Source: Octopus sinensis
Lineage: Eukaryota
Assembly: GCF_006345805.1 (NCBI RefSeq)
Contig: NC_043006.1
Span: forward strand, 11,780,001-11,844,000
Direction of reading: 5' to 3'
Length of the DNA: 64,000 nt
This document shows positions 1-14,497 of this stretch, one piece after another. The translations under genes and the position numbers were made by a program. The notes below the pieces were generated by a model. The model was not told where the DNA came from. It ran no database searches and saw nothing but the letters and a program-made list of their open reading frames with translations. Each line of letters opens with the position of its first letter. The stretch's first letter is position 1.

Positions 1-712
1 TGACAGGCGATGAATAGCAAGAGCTATATAAAAAGTTACACATTATGCTTGAAGTTAGTCTGGATTAAGTAGCTCTGATTGCTATCAATGACACTCAAGC
101 CGAGTTAAACTGTATTCTTTTTTTATATATATAAGATGATTAGGACTTGGTTTAGAATAAACCTAGCATCTATTTCTATGATCTCAAACGAAGTTATTCC
201 GTTGGCTTGCCATCACGGATATGTCTTGACGCTGTTGATAGAACAGACTTATCATCAAAATGTATTCAATCCCTGATTATCTGTCACAATCTCCATAACT
301 CATCATCTTTCTTAAGACAAATAAGGGTGATTTATATCAAGACAAGCGTTCACGTAGATATATCTACACTGGCTCATATACAACTAATAAGATTTACTAT
401 AGATATTTTCCCACGAAATTCATTTTTATATGACTGCTGTTCGAAGTTTTCGTATATTCAAAATATCACTCTGCTTAACTTTTCCTTAGTATCATTTTAA
501 ATCCATGTTTTAATCTATTTATTAGAAATATGTTCTACTGAAGGATGTGGAATTGTATGTAAAAGAAGGTCGATAATAATTCTTAGCTGAAAAACAAGAA
601 TCAATAATATATTCCCAGATGATCAATTATGTATAATGTTGAACATTTTGTCTCGAGAATAAATTACGATTTTTTTCTGTGGCAACTTTATTTACAGAAA
701 AGGTTTAAATGA

Positions 713-747
<35 letters not shown>

Positions 748-869
748 GGTGTCTGTGTGTGTATGTGTGTTTCTGTCTGTGTATATATATCTAGATATAT
801 GTATGTAAACATACATTTGTATTCTATACATATATATGCGTATATATATATATGTGTGTGTGTGTGTGT

Positions 870-913
<44 letters not shown>

Positions 914-1446
914 GTGTGTGTCTGTCTGTATATATATATATCTAGATATATGTATGTATACATCTATATATATATGCATATGTATATATATATATATATA
1001 TGAACACACACACACATACACACACACACATACATATCTGTATGTATGCATAAATATATATGTGGAATTGTCAGAGTTGTCAGCTAAAAGAATATTCAAG
1101 TTATAGTGTTTCCAAATACGACGCAGTCGTATCTATAGTTTGATTTAAATTTGGCTGCTAGGTGCGTAATAAGTATTGAAACAATCCAATAAAGCAAGGA
1201 TGCCGTTAAAGACATTCAATCACTACCATTCATACAGAAATGTTTCCTTGGAAACTAGCTATCCATCGAAGCCAAATCAATGATGGTTTTCATTTTGGAA
1301 GAAATGTCCTTCGCATACAACCGACATTATTGGATAAAACTGCCTTTCCTAGAATCACAAACTGCGTGTAAATATACTGTTACAAGGCTGAACTTGTTGA
1401 CGGAAACCCTATTATAATCTGTGTACACACAGACAAAACACAGAAT

Positions 1447-1506
<60 letters not shown>

Positions 1507-1529
1507 GTATATATATATATGTATGTTTG

Positions 1530-1565
<36 letters not shown>

Positions 1566-1894
1566 GACAAGTTATATATAAACGTACATCGTTACATACA
1601 TAGAGACATACTGGCAGATATTCATACACATACCATACGCAATTGTGTATTAGAATATCTCTTTTCTGCTTGTCTGTACACACATGCATGTAGACAAAAA
1701 CAGACTACACACAGAGATGCACACATATGCTGATATATATATATATATTAATGCACATACATATACATACATTGATTGTCACACTGGCATCTCTTCCGTT
1801 TCATGATCATTATATCCATCCATTCATATATGCTTAGAATCATACAGACATACATTCATGCATACATACGTGCATACATATATAAACACAAACA

Positions 1895-1935
<41 letters not shown>

Positions 1936-2237
1936 TATTTACACACATATATACATTTATATGTACATACGTACGTATGTTTATGTGAAATTGTATATAT
2001 ATATATGTGGATGCATGTATCCAGCTATATATCTGTAAATGCATCTCTCTCTTACTCCTTCTATTTCCATCTCTTTCTCTCTCTCTCTCTATCTCTCTCT
2101 ATTTATATATATATATATATATAATATAATATATACAACATACATATATATATACATACACACACATATATATATATACATATATTATATATATACATAT
2201 ATATAGTATACATTCATATATATATATATATAATCAT

Positions 2238-2280
<43 letters not shown>

Positions 2281-2940
2281 TATATATATGCGTGTCTGTG
2301 TGTGTGTTGTAATATAACGTATCTCCTGGAAAACGCATATAATATATATATATATGTATATATGTGTGTGGGGGTGTGGTATGTAGGTATATATGAACGT
2401 ATGCGTGGGTGAGTGGTTGAGATATTCTCTCCCTAATAACGTGTTAAAAGATACGATTCCAGTGCTTGAAATTTTGAGTAGATGTCTTTTGCATGGCCTT
2501 GGGTTAAATGGAAACCTTGTGAGTGATATGTGTATAAGAACAACTTACATTTTAATTTAGGAACCAGTTCGTCAGATGATCAAACTACTGAATCCCCATT
2601 ACCACACGTCGGAAATCTAACACATACGCATGCTTGCACACGTACGCACACACACACACACACAAACACACACATACATACATTCGCGCACAGTGAAAGA
2701 CTACCTCAACATACAAAACTGAAAAAAAAAGCATAAAATAGCTTAGAGGAAATTCACAATTGAATTATTAGTTTGAAGCCCAGAGAAACAGAAAGAGTTA
2801 ACTGTTTCGACGTTTCAAACGTTATCCTTCTTTGAATTTGGTTGTAGAATAGAAAGAGAAGGGGACGTATGAAGAAAACTCGGATAATTATATATACATT
2901 TACATACATAGATACACACACACGGATCAACACACACACA

Positions 2941-2996
<56 letters not shown>

Positions 2997-3475
2997 AATG
3001 GAAGCTTTTAAGAAAGAAACGCATAATACTGTTCCGGAATTTCCTTTTCCCCATAAATTAGCCTCCTATAGAGACCTGGAAGAAAGCACAAATGATGTCT
3101 GTGCCAATACAATGGCGCAAATCAACCAGAAGGTTCATTGCAGAAAATTGAGGTGTTTTTTTTTTTTGAGGAAGCACAAATGTTACCTATGCTAATACAA
3201 TGGATCAAGTCAACCACGTGGTTCATTCCAGAAGCACTGAACCTTTTTTTCTTAGAAGAGGTAGTTACAACTATCGTAGATTATTCTAGTTTTAAAATAG
3301 TATTACTCTACATCTAATAAGCCGACTTGCCATCTTTTGTTATTCGAGATTGAAAGAGATGGCTGTAACAGCAGTTCGGACACACCCTATTAAATACTGC
3401 TTGTCTCAGTTGACTAATTAGCAGGATGCAGTTTAGACGCTTGGAAAATCGCTATGCAATAAAGATTTATTTTAA

Positions 3476-3780
3476 ACTAGCAGTATCACCCGGCGTTGCT
3501 CGGGTTTGTTTCGACCCTTTAGAATTGGAATTTTTGAAAAGTAAAAATTTTGCATTATGTAGTTTGTTATTCTCTTTAAGAGAGCATTTTTTTGGTTGAA
3601 ATACACCGAAAAATGGCGACACAGCAGTCAAAAAGTCGTAAAATATAGGGATTTTCATAGAAAAAAATACATTTTTGGTGTAAATAATTTTTGGTGTTAA
3701 CATGGTGCGATTTGAAGCTTTTCTTCTACGGAAGGAAGAGTAAGACTTCTAGCATACTCTCAATTTTGGTCAACTTTTTA
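3476..3780 (-). mobile_element. Helitron-like 3' end
   Basis: Minus strand GC hairpin cccgagcaacgccggg followed ~8 nt later by CTAG|T. The upstream extent is approximate. Confidence 0.6.
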
Positions 3781-3995
3781 GTGTTAGATTTTATTGTTGC
3801 TGTCAGCTTAGAATGTATGATACAATAAAAAGTAAATACGCATGTAGCACGAAGATGATGAATCAGACAATTTGAAGAGTTGAGATACGAGGCCTGTTTA
3901 GTCTGTCAAATGATTTATATCAGAAACACTGGTAACACCGAGACAAAGTTTTCTGGAAATCACCAAAAGATACGCTTAGCAGATTTTACATTTTC

Positions 3996-4229
3996 AAAGG
4001 CGGCGAGCTGACAGTAACGTTAGCACGCCGGGCGAAATGCTTAGCAGTATTTCGTCTGCCGTTACGTTCTGAGTTCAAATTCCGCCGAGGTCGACTCTAC
4101 CTTTCATCCTTTCGGGGTCGATAAATTAAGTACCAGTTACGCACTGGGGTTGATGTAATCGACTTAATCCCTTTATCTGTCCTTGTTTTTCCCCTCTATG
4201 TTTAGCTCCTTGTGGGCAATAAAGAAATA
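3996..4229 (+). mobile_element. tRNA SINE with Nin/Deu-like core (family S1)
   Basis: ggcggcgagctg...gttcaaattcc...cctttcatcctttcggggtcgataaattaagtacc. 15-bp TSD agattttacattttc / agatttgacattttc. Confidence 0.88.
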
Positions 4230-4810
4230 AGATTTGACATTTTCCCCAACACGAGTGCATTGCTATATAAACCAATATCTGAGTCCCTTTTACAGATAAC
4301 CATTTCAGAATTTTATAAAATATTGATGTATCTCGCAGGATTTTAAATGTCAGATGCAAGACGAAATTATAAAATAATACTTCATCAATCACTTATCATG
4401 TTACTTAATGATATAAATTAATTACTTTTGTTACTTTCAATTATCTAGTTGCTAATGAGTTTTTATCTTCACATCAAAACATATTAAAATTTCATCTTCG
4501 TATTCACACTTTTGACCAGAAGCGTATATCCATCCAACCATGCATGCATGCATGCATCCATCCATCCATCCATCCATCCATCCATCCGTCCGTCCATCCA
4601 TCCATTCATCCATCCATCCATGCATCCAGCCCGCCAGCCAGCTAGCTAGCTACTTATCTCATTTCTCCCGGCACACATGCACACATATTTACTTATGCAT
4701 ACACTCATATATATATATATATATATATATATACAAATACACAAATGCATATGCAATTTCATATATACATATTAGTCTGTCTCTCGCTCTGTATACAAAT
4801 AAATATATAT

Positions 4811-4850
<40 letters not shown>

Positions 4851-5727
4851 CGTATAATTATGTATATGTGTGTGTACATGTGTGAGCTTGTGCTCCTAAT
4901 ATATATATTTTTAATGTTGAATTATGTGTGCGTGTTTGTGTGTGCGAGAGAGAATGAGGGAGATATATAAAGATAAAGTTATAGATCTATGCTATGCCGA
5001 GCATTGATGCAAAATGCAACATAAATAATGCATACACATTGTGAAAAGTCTGACTCCGACTTTAGATTATTGGACGTGCAGTCTTTCTATATATATTGTG
5101 ACATTTTATGACTCTCTCGATTCATATTTATATGTAAAGCATATGAGAGAAAATGTGAGTGAACGTATTAAGTTTAAAATGATAAATATTTTATTTTAGA
5201 AAAAACAAAATCATCCTTTATCGTCAGTTTTATCACAGCACACATATAAACTTGTACGCCGATCCACGTTTATGGGCCATCAGTGAATTTATGATTAATG
5301 CTTTTAATAATTTATGACTAAAAAAAAATCATAGAACAGAATATCGATTTGCGTAAAGATAAATGCCATATATTTTAAGAAGAGTAGAAAAGGGATGTTG
5401 TGACTTCATTCTGTACCAAAGGGTATCAATCATGTAGAGAAGTGAGCTGAAGAGCGAGTCGCAGTTTCTCATTTTTATATTTTATATCACCATTTCATTA
5501 TCAATAGTGTTGATGGGTATATGTTTATGAAGGACTACTTCACTGGTAACATTGACAAGGGAGTGTCTGTGTAATTCGGTGAGGGATATATCAAGGAGCG
5601 TGCTCAAACAATATAAGAGTTTAGGATACAATAGTTTCATTTCTCTCTCTAATTTGAACATCATTCTCTGCTGACATACATCGATGTAAGATCTACTCAC
5701 ACGTACACATACGCACACATACACATG

Positions 5728-5772
<45 letters not shown>

Positions 5773-5774
5773 TT

Positions 5775-5955
5775 TTTCCGTCCGTTTTTTCCCAAGTCTT
5801 CCCTTTCTTGAATCTTTCCTTTTCCTATGTTTCTGACGAAGAGCTCCGCTCTAAACGTTAAATCCTCCTTCTTTGTTTCCTTTCCTGAGCGTCCAATAAC
5901 ACTATACTTGTTCCACGTCCTCGCGATGTTGAGTTTTCTCTTTGTGTTTGGATTA

Positions 5956-5960
<5 letters not shown>
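5775..5960 (+). mobile_element. Short TA-embedded element, family A, with hammerhead-like motif at 5829-5863
   Basis: Flanked by (TA)n. gtttCTGACGAAGAGCTCCGCTCtAAACGTTaaat followed by ttcctgagcgtccaataac...ccacgtcctcgcg. Homologous to 31645-31852 in reverse orientation. Confidence 0.75.
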
Positions 5961-5991
<31 letters not shown>

Positions 5992-7100
5992 CAGGCAAAC
6001 ATATATGCATATATACCATTTATTATATCTACGTACACATAATCATGACAGGTTTCTGAAGGTTTACTTCTAACAAATTTCATTTCTAAAGCGTGTCAAG
6101 CCTAGGCTATAGTACGTAACATTTGTCCAAGGTTGAGAGGGGTGGGATGGAAAGAGAGACGCTGAGGTTGAGAATCAAATTACTTATCCACACGTCCATG
6201 ACTCATCTATCTCTTTACAATTTTTGACTGATGCTGTTTTATATTTACTCAGTAAATTTTCTCGAGAAATGCATAAAAAATATCTCTTCGTTTTATTTCA
6301 CTTCTTGCATGAACTCTTAAAAAAATTGTATCAGAAATCCATTGCTTTAATACAATTTTCATGAGAACATTCGATATAATTTGAAATCCTTTTAATGGGG
6401 AAAATTTCTTAGTTTTCTAACATGTTTCCTTATAAATAGTTTTTTGATTTAAGGATGCCAAACATTAAAAATAATTTCTTTTAGCTCTAATGATCAAGTG
6501 TGGAGCAGTTGTGTTTTATATAAGAATAAGAAAAAAAAATAGCCAGGATATCAAATTTTGTGGGGAGCATATAGTCGTTCATGATCGATTTCATTACTTG
6601 ATTGATATTTATATTATCGACCCTTAAAACTCGATTCTTGCGTAAGTACAGAGAGCGTTCAATATAGATACTTCCCTCGCTCCTATAAATATGTGTCTAT
6701 AAAGAGATTTTCTATCAGACAAGAATCAAAACATCATGTCTGTAAAAGGTGTGTATACATTTCATATGATACACAGATGACGATTATATATATCATATCT
6801 TATTTCTGTTTCAACAGCGCTCACTGCGTTTTTTACAACCCAGCAAGCTTTCCACAATATCAGTGAATGTGGTATAGGATCTTTCCTACATATCGAAGAT
6901 CGAGACACAAATTTCACCTAAGTCCCAAGTACGATGAAATGAGTCTTCGTGAGCACTGTAGCGACGATGTTTCCTTCGTGCTAATGTATGTTGTGTTTTT
7001 AACCCAACATTTCGTCTATGAAGAAATTTTCTCTTTGGTAAAAGCCAAAGCATTATAGTTTTCAGGGTTGCATATACGTTAAGTTTGGTGCATATATCGC

Positions 7101-7134
<34 letters not shown>

Positions 7135-7589
7135 CGGAGTAAACACATAAATGTGAAACGAGGTGGAAAAAAGAGTACTCAAATACCAGTGGTAGAGTAA
7201 TATGCTTTATTTTAAGCAGCAGAAAATAAAGTATATATATATATATATATATATAAATATATATATTTAATGCTGCTTAAACTGCGTATACTGAGTATTA
7301 TTCAGCCCATCAAGCTTTCCGTAATATCGATGAAGATATTATTCACCATTCGCTATGTATCGAAGGGGAGGAATTTCGCCTATGGATAGGATGACAAACA
7401 AATGTCGTTGGCAATGTCCAAGAAGGTCGAAACGTGTCTGATGTGTTCATGAGTCACTCTCCGATATATACTGTGTGCTTGTAACACATTACGTCTATGA
7501 AGAGGTTGTTTCTCAAACAAAAACCACGGCATCATGTCTTTCAGTGGTGTATTTACCGTAAGTATAATACTCAAATGGCTATTATAATG

Positions 7590-8007
7590 GTTTCAAATTT
7601 TGGAACAGCGTCAACAGTTTTTGAGAGAAGAGGGTAAGTCAGTTACATTGACCCCAGTACACAACTTGTACTTATTTTATCAACCTCGAAAGAATGAAAA
7701 ACAAAGTCGACCTCGACGGAATTTGAAATCAGAATGTAAAGATTAAGCATTTTGACCAGTCTGCTAACATTTCCTATTTCTTTACTACCCACGAGGGGCT
7801 AAACACAGAAGGGACAAACAAGGACAGACTAACGGATTAAGTCGATTATATCGACCCCAGTAACTGGTACTTATTTAATCGACCCCGAAAAGATGAAAGA
7901 TAAAGTCGACCTCGGCGGAATTTGAACTCAGAACGTCAAGACAGACGAAATACGGCTAAGCATTTCCCTCGGCGTGCTAACGTTTCTGCCAGCTCGCCGC
8001 CTTCAGA
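7590..8007 (-). mobile_element. Composite of two S1 SINE copies (older plus younger)
   Basis: Two successive S1 cores. TSD gctattataatgg flanks the whole composite. Confidence 0.8.
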
Positions 8008-8595
8008 TCGCTATTATAATGGAAGATAATTTATTTGAGGAATATTCTGATATTTGCCATAGATTTAGATGAAGTAAGAGACTAAGTCGACATCAATATT
8101 TTACCAATATTTGATGCATTTATAGAAATTATGCTGACTTGTATGTATATTGTTCAGATTTATTTCGCCTAGTTTTTGCCTACACTGAGATAAATTATCA
8201 TAAAATTTTTCCGTTGAAAATAGCAAAGAATCTCAGATGTTTTGACAAGAAGTAAAACGTAAAATCATTATTAAAACGAGAGAAACATTAATAAAAATAT
8301 CGACAGCCTATCATATCTTCATTCTAATTACCAGCTCCATCGATTTAAATAAACTTTAATAAATTGAATCTGAAAAGCAAATAAATATATTTTATTGAGT
8401 ATATAGAATGTTTGATGTTTATTTCGTAATGTTAGCTGTCAGCTTAACGTGGCAAACTTTAATGCTGTGGGAATTAAATTTTGTTAGTTTGAATGCTATT
8501 TCATTAACCTGATGTATTATTCACTGTATCATTTAACATTCATTTACGTGTTGTATATGAAGCAATGACTTCCTTCTCTCTCTCTCTCTCTCTCC

Positions 8596-8631
<36 letters not shown>

Positions 8632-8999
8632 GTATGTATGTACGTACGTACTTATGCATCTATGTGCGTATGTTTTCCTTTTTACTTTTGTTGTAATCAT
8701 TGGATTGCTCCCAACGCTGGAGTAATGCGGCCATAAGGATTTAACTGAACAAATTAATCATACTACTTAATTTATCGGAATTTTTAGCCGAACCGCTACT
8801 TCATGAGGATGTTAACAAACCAACACCGGTTGTTGAGCAGCTTAGCATAGAGGGGTACAAACAAAAACACAGACACCCGGTAACACATACCTACGCGCAC
8901 GCACACACACACCACACACACACACACAAACATACACACACACGTATGTGTTATATGCTTCAGTTATGTGCATCTAAATTTATTGGGCAGGAATTTATA

Positions 9000-9345
9000 G
9001 GCGTTTGAGTGACTGTGTGGTAAGTAGCTTGCTCACGAACCACATGGTTCCGGGTTCAGTCCCACTGCGTGGCACCTTGGGCAAGTGTCTTCTACTATAG
9101 CCTCGGGCCGACCAATGCCTTGTAAGTGGATTTGGTAGACGGAAACTGAAAGAAGCCTGTCGTATATATGTATATGTGTATATATATATATGTGTGTGTG
9201 TGTGTATGCTTGTGTGTCTGTATTATTCCCACCAACATCACTTGACAACCGAAGAATAAGTCCTGGGGTCGATTTGCTTGACTAAAGGCGGTGCTTCAGC
9301 ATGGCCGCAGTCAAATGACTGAAACAAGTAAAAGAATAAAAGCGT
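9000..9345 (+). mobile_element. tRNA SINE family S2 with internal TA/TG microsatellite
   Basis: Head gtgtggtaag...ggttcagtccca, body ggcaccttgggcaagtgtcttctactatagc, tail gcatggccgcagtcaaatgactgaaacaagtaaaaga. Related fragments at ~2390-2530, 8680-8990(-), 25195-25390(-), 37180-37530(-), 41345-41540, 41585-41930(-), 46670-46955 and 54180-54350(-). Confidence 0.8.
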
Positions 9346-9962
9346 AAAAAAGGAATGTAGTCATTTTTGGCCGTATCTCTATGGTCAGACCTGAGAGCAT
9401 GAAGTAAGGCTGTCCAGAAAGAGCATTGGTTGAAAGTGCTTATATTCTGAATTTACTTTTTAAATTTCAAATTTAATTAAAAGGAATTTTTCATAAATCA
9501 AGTTTATATTAGTGGGATGTCGGTAGTTTTAACTTGTGTATGTCTGATATGCTTTTATAATTACTGTTGTATTTAATAATTATTGATAGATCAAGATTAG
9601 CAACAGTCGGTGCTATTATCACCAAATCAAAATCTAGGTTGCTTAAGGTGAGCCTGGTAACCGATGGTTTTGGGGTCTTTGTAACTTTTGGTGAGCCATG
9701 TTTGTTTGAACTTCTGGCGAGCCATGGTACAACCAACAACATGGTAAAAATCCTTGACATTAATTTGGTGTGGATGGGTAACATCACATAATTCAATCAC
9801 AACATATACTTGAATTAAACATGAAAAAAAATTGAAATATTATCATCACTTACAAGGGAAAATTGAAATATTATCTTTCAGTATTTATAAGTTAAAATCT
9901 TAAATTATTAATTGACACATTAATTATCTTATAATAGCAATGCCTGGGAAAATCATGGATTA

Positions 9963-10474
9963 CATGGAAAACTGCAAGCATGAAAAGTAATATTCTTAAG
10001 ATTATAAACCTGGAAAAGTACAAGATAAGTTATTACACCTGGAAAAGTATAGGACAAGCTATTGCTTCTAGTAGAGTAAAGAGTAAGAAACTTTTTACTT
10101 AAAATATTGCAGCAAAATTTAAAATTTGAATATTAAAAATTATTTTATTATAGTTTACAAATTACACTATACTTATTTAAGCAGAATTTGGCTAATTTAC
10201 TACCTTAAATACAGAAAAAAGTGACTAATTAGACAAACTTACAAATTAGCTAAACAGTTTTGTAAAGTAAATTTAAAAGATGAGAATTGTAAAGAGTAAT
10301 AAATTAGAAGAACTGGCATTCTTCGCTGTGATATTTTAAGTAAAAGTTTCTTATTCTTTACTTTACTTGATGTAATAGCTTATCCTATACTTTTCCAGGT
10401 GTTATAACTCGTCGTGCACTTTTCCAGGTTTATAATTTGAAGAATATTACTTTTCATGCTCGCATTTCTCCATG
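9963..10474. mobile_element. MITE/fold-back element with ~150-bp imperfect inverted arms
   Basis: 9963-10117 is the reverse complement of 10322-10474. Each arm contains two cctggaaaagt sub-repeats. Confidence 0.75.
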
Positions 10475-10585
10475 AACTAGATAATATTCATCGAATTTAC
10501 GAATGCAACGTGTTTTTGACTCAATATTTCAACTCTCTTATTAATAGCTTTATTTGCTTCCAGATTTACTGTTCATAATATATAT

Positions 10586-10636
<51 letters not shown>

Positions 10637-10639
10637 TTA

Positions 10640-10869
10640 TAGATTGGCCCAAATGTCGGTTTACAATTATTCCACTATCTCTTTCGCATTTATATATTAA
10701 CAGTTTAAGTCTTAATTATAAGAAAATATGAAACCATTATTCTATGCTAATTTAGTTACTTTTGACAAGCTCCCTTTTCAGTTTGTAACTGACATTTAAA
10801 TGAAATAATATGTTTTAAAAGAAATTTAAAATGCCTACATGATAACTGTAAACCTAGTTTTGGCCCACC

Positions 10870-10873
<4 letters not shown>
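10640..10873. mobile_element. Small Tc1/mariner-type MITE in (TA)n
   Basis: Right end reads tacagggtgggccaaaactaggtttacagttat on the minus strand. Degenerate left end is ttggcccaaatgtcggtttacaattat. Confidence 0.55.
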
Positions 10874-10905
<32 letters not shown>

Positions 10906-11884
10906 TCACACACACAGAAACACACACACACGCACACACATATGTCTCTGTGTGTGCGTGGGCGCAATCGTGTCTGCGTGCGTCCGTGTCTGTATATATG
11001 CTTGCGTGTGTGTATGTATGTATTTGTGCTTGTGTGAGTGCATGTGTGCGTGTTTTAGTGTGTGTGTGTATTCTGCCTTCAAAGAATTCATCACATGATT
11101 TCAAGTTCGGATTAAAAATGAAGAAAGAAATAATTTATTGATAAAGTGTGAAATATAATTTATTTTTTTAGCATTTAAGTACGTTTGTGTTTTACCAACG
11201 AAAACTAGGAGATAAATAAAAAAAATATTTTGTAAATCTTATTTTATCTTCATTTCTGTGGAGGTAATTCAATTTCGGAGTCCTCTAATCACATCAACGT
11301 TCCTTAATCATTAATAGCGCTTTTATTGAAGTGTGTATGAGAGTGGGTTATGGGGAGGAACCCACACAAATCAACAGAACATCAACAACGAGTAGTATTT
11401 CCTACCTATATATTTATGTCAGATTCTGCTTGGCTTTCAAATTACTACGTGCGATTGAGCACAGAAATTTGAAAAGATTTCAAAGGCATTGTTTTCCAGT
11501 CGGTGTTAACTTTGAATGAAATATTTAGGACAAAACCTAATTACTTTCGTGTTACACATTACTCTTTATTGTTCTCCCTTAAAAAAAAAGAGATCTAGAT
11601 TCTCTTTGTTATCTTTTCGAGACAAAACATTTTTTTCCCCCAGTGAATTGTTCCGCCTTTTAAAGTATACAGCAAGTCTTTATACTTTTAAATCTGGGTT
11701 GATGTCTTGTTTTCAGTTATTTAAATTGACTTACTCGATTAAATATATACAAGCATATACATATATGTATATATGTACATGTATGTATATATATATATAT
11801 ATATATATTAATATATATTATATATATATATATATAATATATATGTATATATATATACAAGCATATATATATGTATATATGTAC

Positions 11885-11930
<46 letters not shown>

Positions 11931-12461
11931 TGTATATGTATATATGAAGTCTATAAACTTGAATTTTCTGCCTTGTTCACCATAGTTGATTTATAGGAAT
12001 TATCGAATAATTAATTAAAAAATCATTTTAATATCGACTGAAACCATAGCGCAATGTTGTAGTAAGATTTAAATGAATAAATTACAAAGCTTGTGTGCCG
12101 TATAAGCAAAAATAGGTAATAAATATGTAGATTAGAACCATGAAAAGCAGTAATTATTTCGAAAATATACTCATCAACGAAAATAATGTCTTTTTTTTTT
12201 CCTTCTTGTCTTAAGACCTCGCATCGATAATTTCCAAGTTTAGAGAAAGTGGGTTTTATTTTAGAACTTAGTAAAGTAATTTTAAAAGTTATTGAGATTT
12301 AATCTATAATAATATTCTGTTACGGTCTATGTATGCCGTGCTTGGCTATGGAGCGTAATCGAAATCACAATCTATTATACACAAAAATACATGCGTTTGT
12401 ATGTGTGTATCTATTTGTATGTATTGTAGTTATATAACGACTGTATATATATATATATATA

Positions 12462-12610
12462 TCCTGTTTCCGAAGAAGAGCTTTGCTCGAAACGTATAAC
12501 AATTACTTCTTTCTCTTTCCTTTTTAGAGCGACTTATTAATAGGTTGCATGTACCACATCCTCACATTGTTGTTTTTCCGTCTTTTTTCTCTGTTTCTTT
12601 TTCATTATAT
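12462..12610 (+). mobile_element. Truncated family A element
   Basis: gtttCCGAAGAAGAGCTTTGCTCGAAACGTAtaac, then gagcg...ccacatcctcacattgttg, directly after (TA)n. Confidence 0.65.
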
Positions 12611-13068
12611 ATGTATGTATAGATGTACGTATTTATATTCATATGTGTGTGTCTACATATATGTGTGAGCGTGTGTTTATTACACTTTAACAAAGGAACG
12701 GCTGACAGTGACTTCGAAGTTAGGGCTTTCTTGGCTTCATCAATATGGGAAGCAGGTCGAAATGTATGAAACACTTTGTTGCTCGTGACTATACACTGTG
12801 TAGATTAAACAATATTCACCACTCAACGGATGGAACAATTTTCGGTGATCCTACCTTAACGGAAGGTAAACTATACTTGGATATATATTTATATTTATAT
12901 AAAACGTTTTTATTATTATTTTGCATTTTACTTAATCATCGGTATATTATTTTAATTTTAATATTTCTATTATATGTAATTTTCTAGATGGCTAGATGGT
13001 GTAATTTAATTGTTCATTTTGAATTGATGAAAGGTGTTCTTTTCTAATTATATATATATATATATAAT

Positions 13069-13101
<33 letters not shown>

Positions 13102-13204
13102 TGTATTTTGTGAAATTTGATTTAGTATTTCTAGATTGAATTTTTCTCTGTAAGTTAGGAATAATATTCCCTCAAATGATTATATATATTTATATATATA
13201 TATA

Positions 13205-14497
13205 CCCAGAACCACGCTAATAGCTTGTTATGTTTTCATTATTCTGTGTAAGATCCTTTCTTCTTTATTTAAAGATTCATCCGTTTTCGGGTGAACCACG
13301 CTAATAGCTTTTGAATGAAAATAGCCAATCTAAATATTCTTTTTCAGAAAATGATGGTTAAGGATACAGTTTAAGCCTACATTGTGTATATATTTAACAG
13401 AAAACCATAATAGTATTATAACATTTATTGACATAATGAATTGTTTAGCCACATGAGCAACAAGGAAGAAACGATCCGATTGTCGGACCTCCAAGACTGA
13501 CAGCTAGTGATTTAAGGGATATTGGCCGCGCGTTCAGTGGGAAACCTGGTCAAAGATGTAAAGACATTTTCACTGCCTCCGGACTTCCTCATGTACCAAA
13601 AACCACGCATACTTGGGACAATGGCTTCCGTGCAAGAACCACCAAAACTGCCTCCTCACAGAAGTCTGTGGCTTCATTAGGCCCAAATGTACATGACCTT
13701 AGACATGAGTTGTGTTCTGTTTTTGACGAAACTAACGGGTGGTTAAATGGTTGGGCCTATTTTGGAGATGAACGTCATCGACGTTTATGAGGTCAACAAA
13801 AGGGTGGGGGAGTCATGTTGTGAGATGGTATCATTGTGGACAGACTTTTTGGCCCAGTCAGGGTACCTGCAGAGGTCAAAGTGACCGCAACCGCCTTGCA
13901 TCCCTGCTAGGATGACGTCTGCCACTTCTAAGGAATTTCGTATTCATGCATGAAAAGACTTCTTTACACTCTGCTAGTACCCACCCAAATATTCTTAGGG
14001 CTTTACGGCATACAAGGTGAAAGATTGATGGTGTGACTGCCAGCATCTCCGGATCTCAAGCTTATCGAAAATCTTTGATCTATCATTAAAGAAGATGTTT
14101 AAGCTGATGGACGCCAATTTACGCCGAAAGATGTCTTATGGATGACCATCAAAGCGGCAGCAGAGGCAGTCCAACCTAATATTAAGAAATTGACAGATTC
14201 CATGACTAATAGGGTTTTTGAAGTTATCCGTCGAAATGGCGCTCATGTGGCTAAATAATTCATTATGTCAATAAATGTTATAATATTATTATAATTTCCT
14301 GTTAAATATTTACTCAATGTATGCTTAATGTGTATCATTAGCCTTCGTTTTCTGAAAAAAAATGTCTAGATGGGCTATTTTCTTTTAAAAGGTATTAGCG
14401 TGGTTCATGCAAAAACTGAAGAATCTGAAATACCAAAAAAGAAAGGACACTACACAGAATCATGAAACAATAACAATGGTGCTGACATAGCGTGCAA
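13205..14497 (+). mobile_element. Tc1-family DNA transposon, IR-DR type, internally deleted
   Basis: ~250-bp imperfect TIRs (13205-13458 and 14241-14497). Direct repeat gaaccacgctaatagctt at 13209 and 13293. Transposase remnants GGVML*DGIIVDRLFGPVRVP, FVFMHEK, PASPDLKLIENL*SIIKEDV. Inserted at TA. Confidence 0.88.

Noticed and set aside
9509-9796. Overlapping open frames suggesting a KCNH exon
   Set aside because: No channel motifs in the frames I read and no convincing splice sites; possibly a TE remnant.
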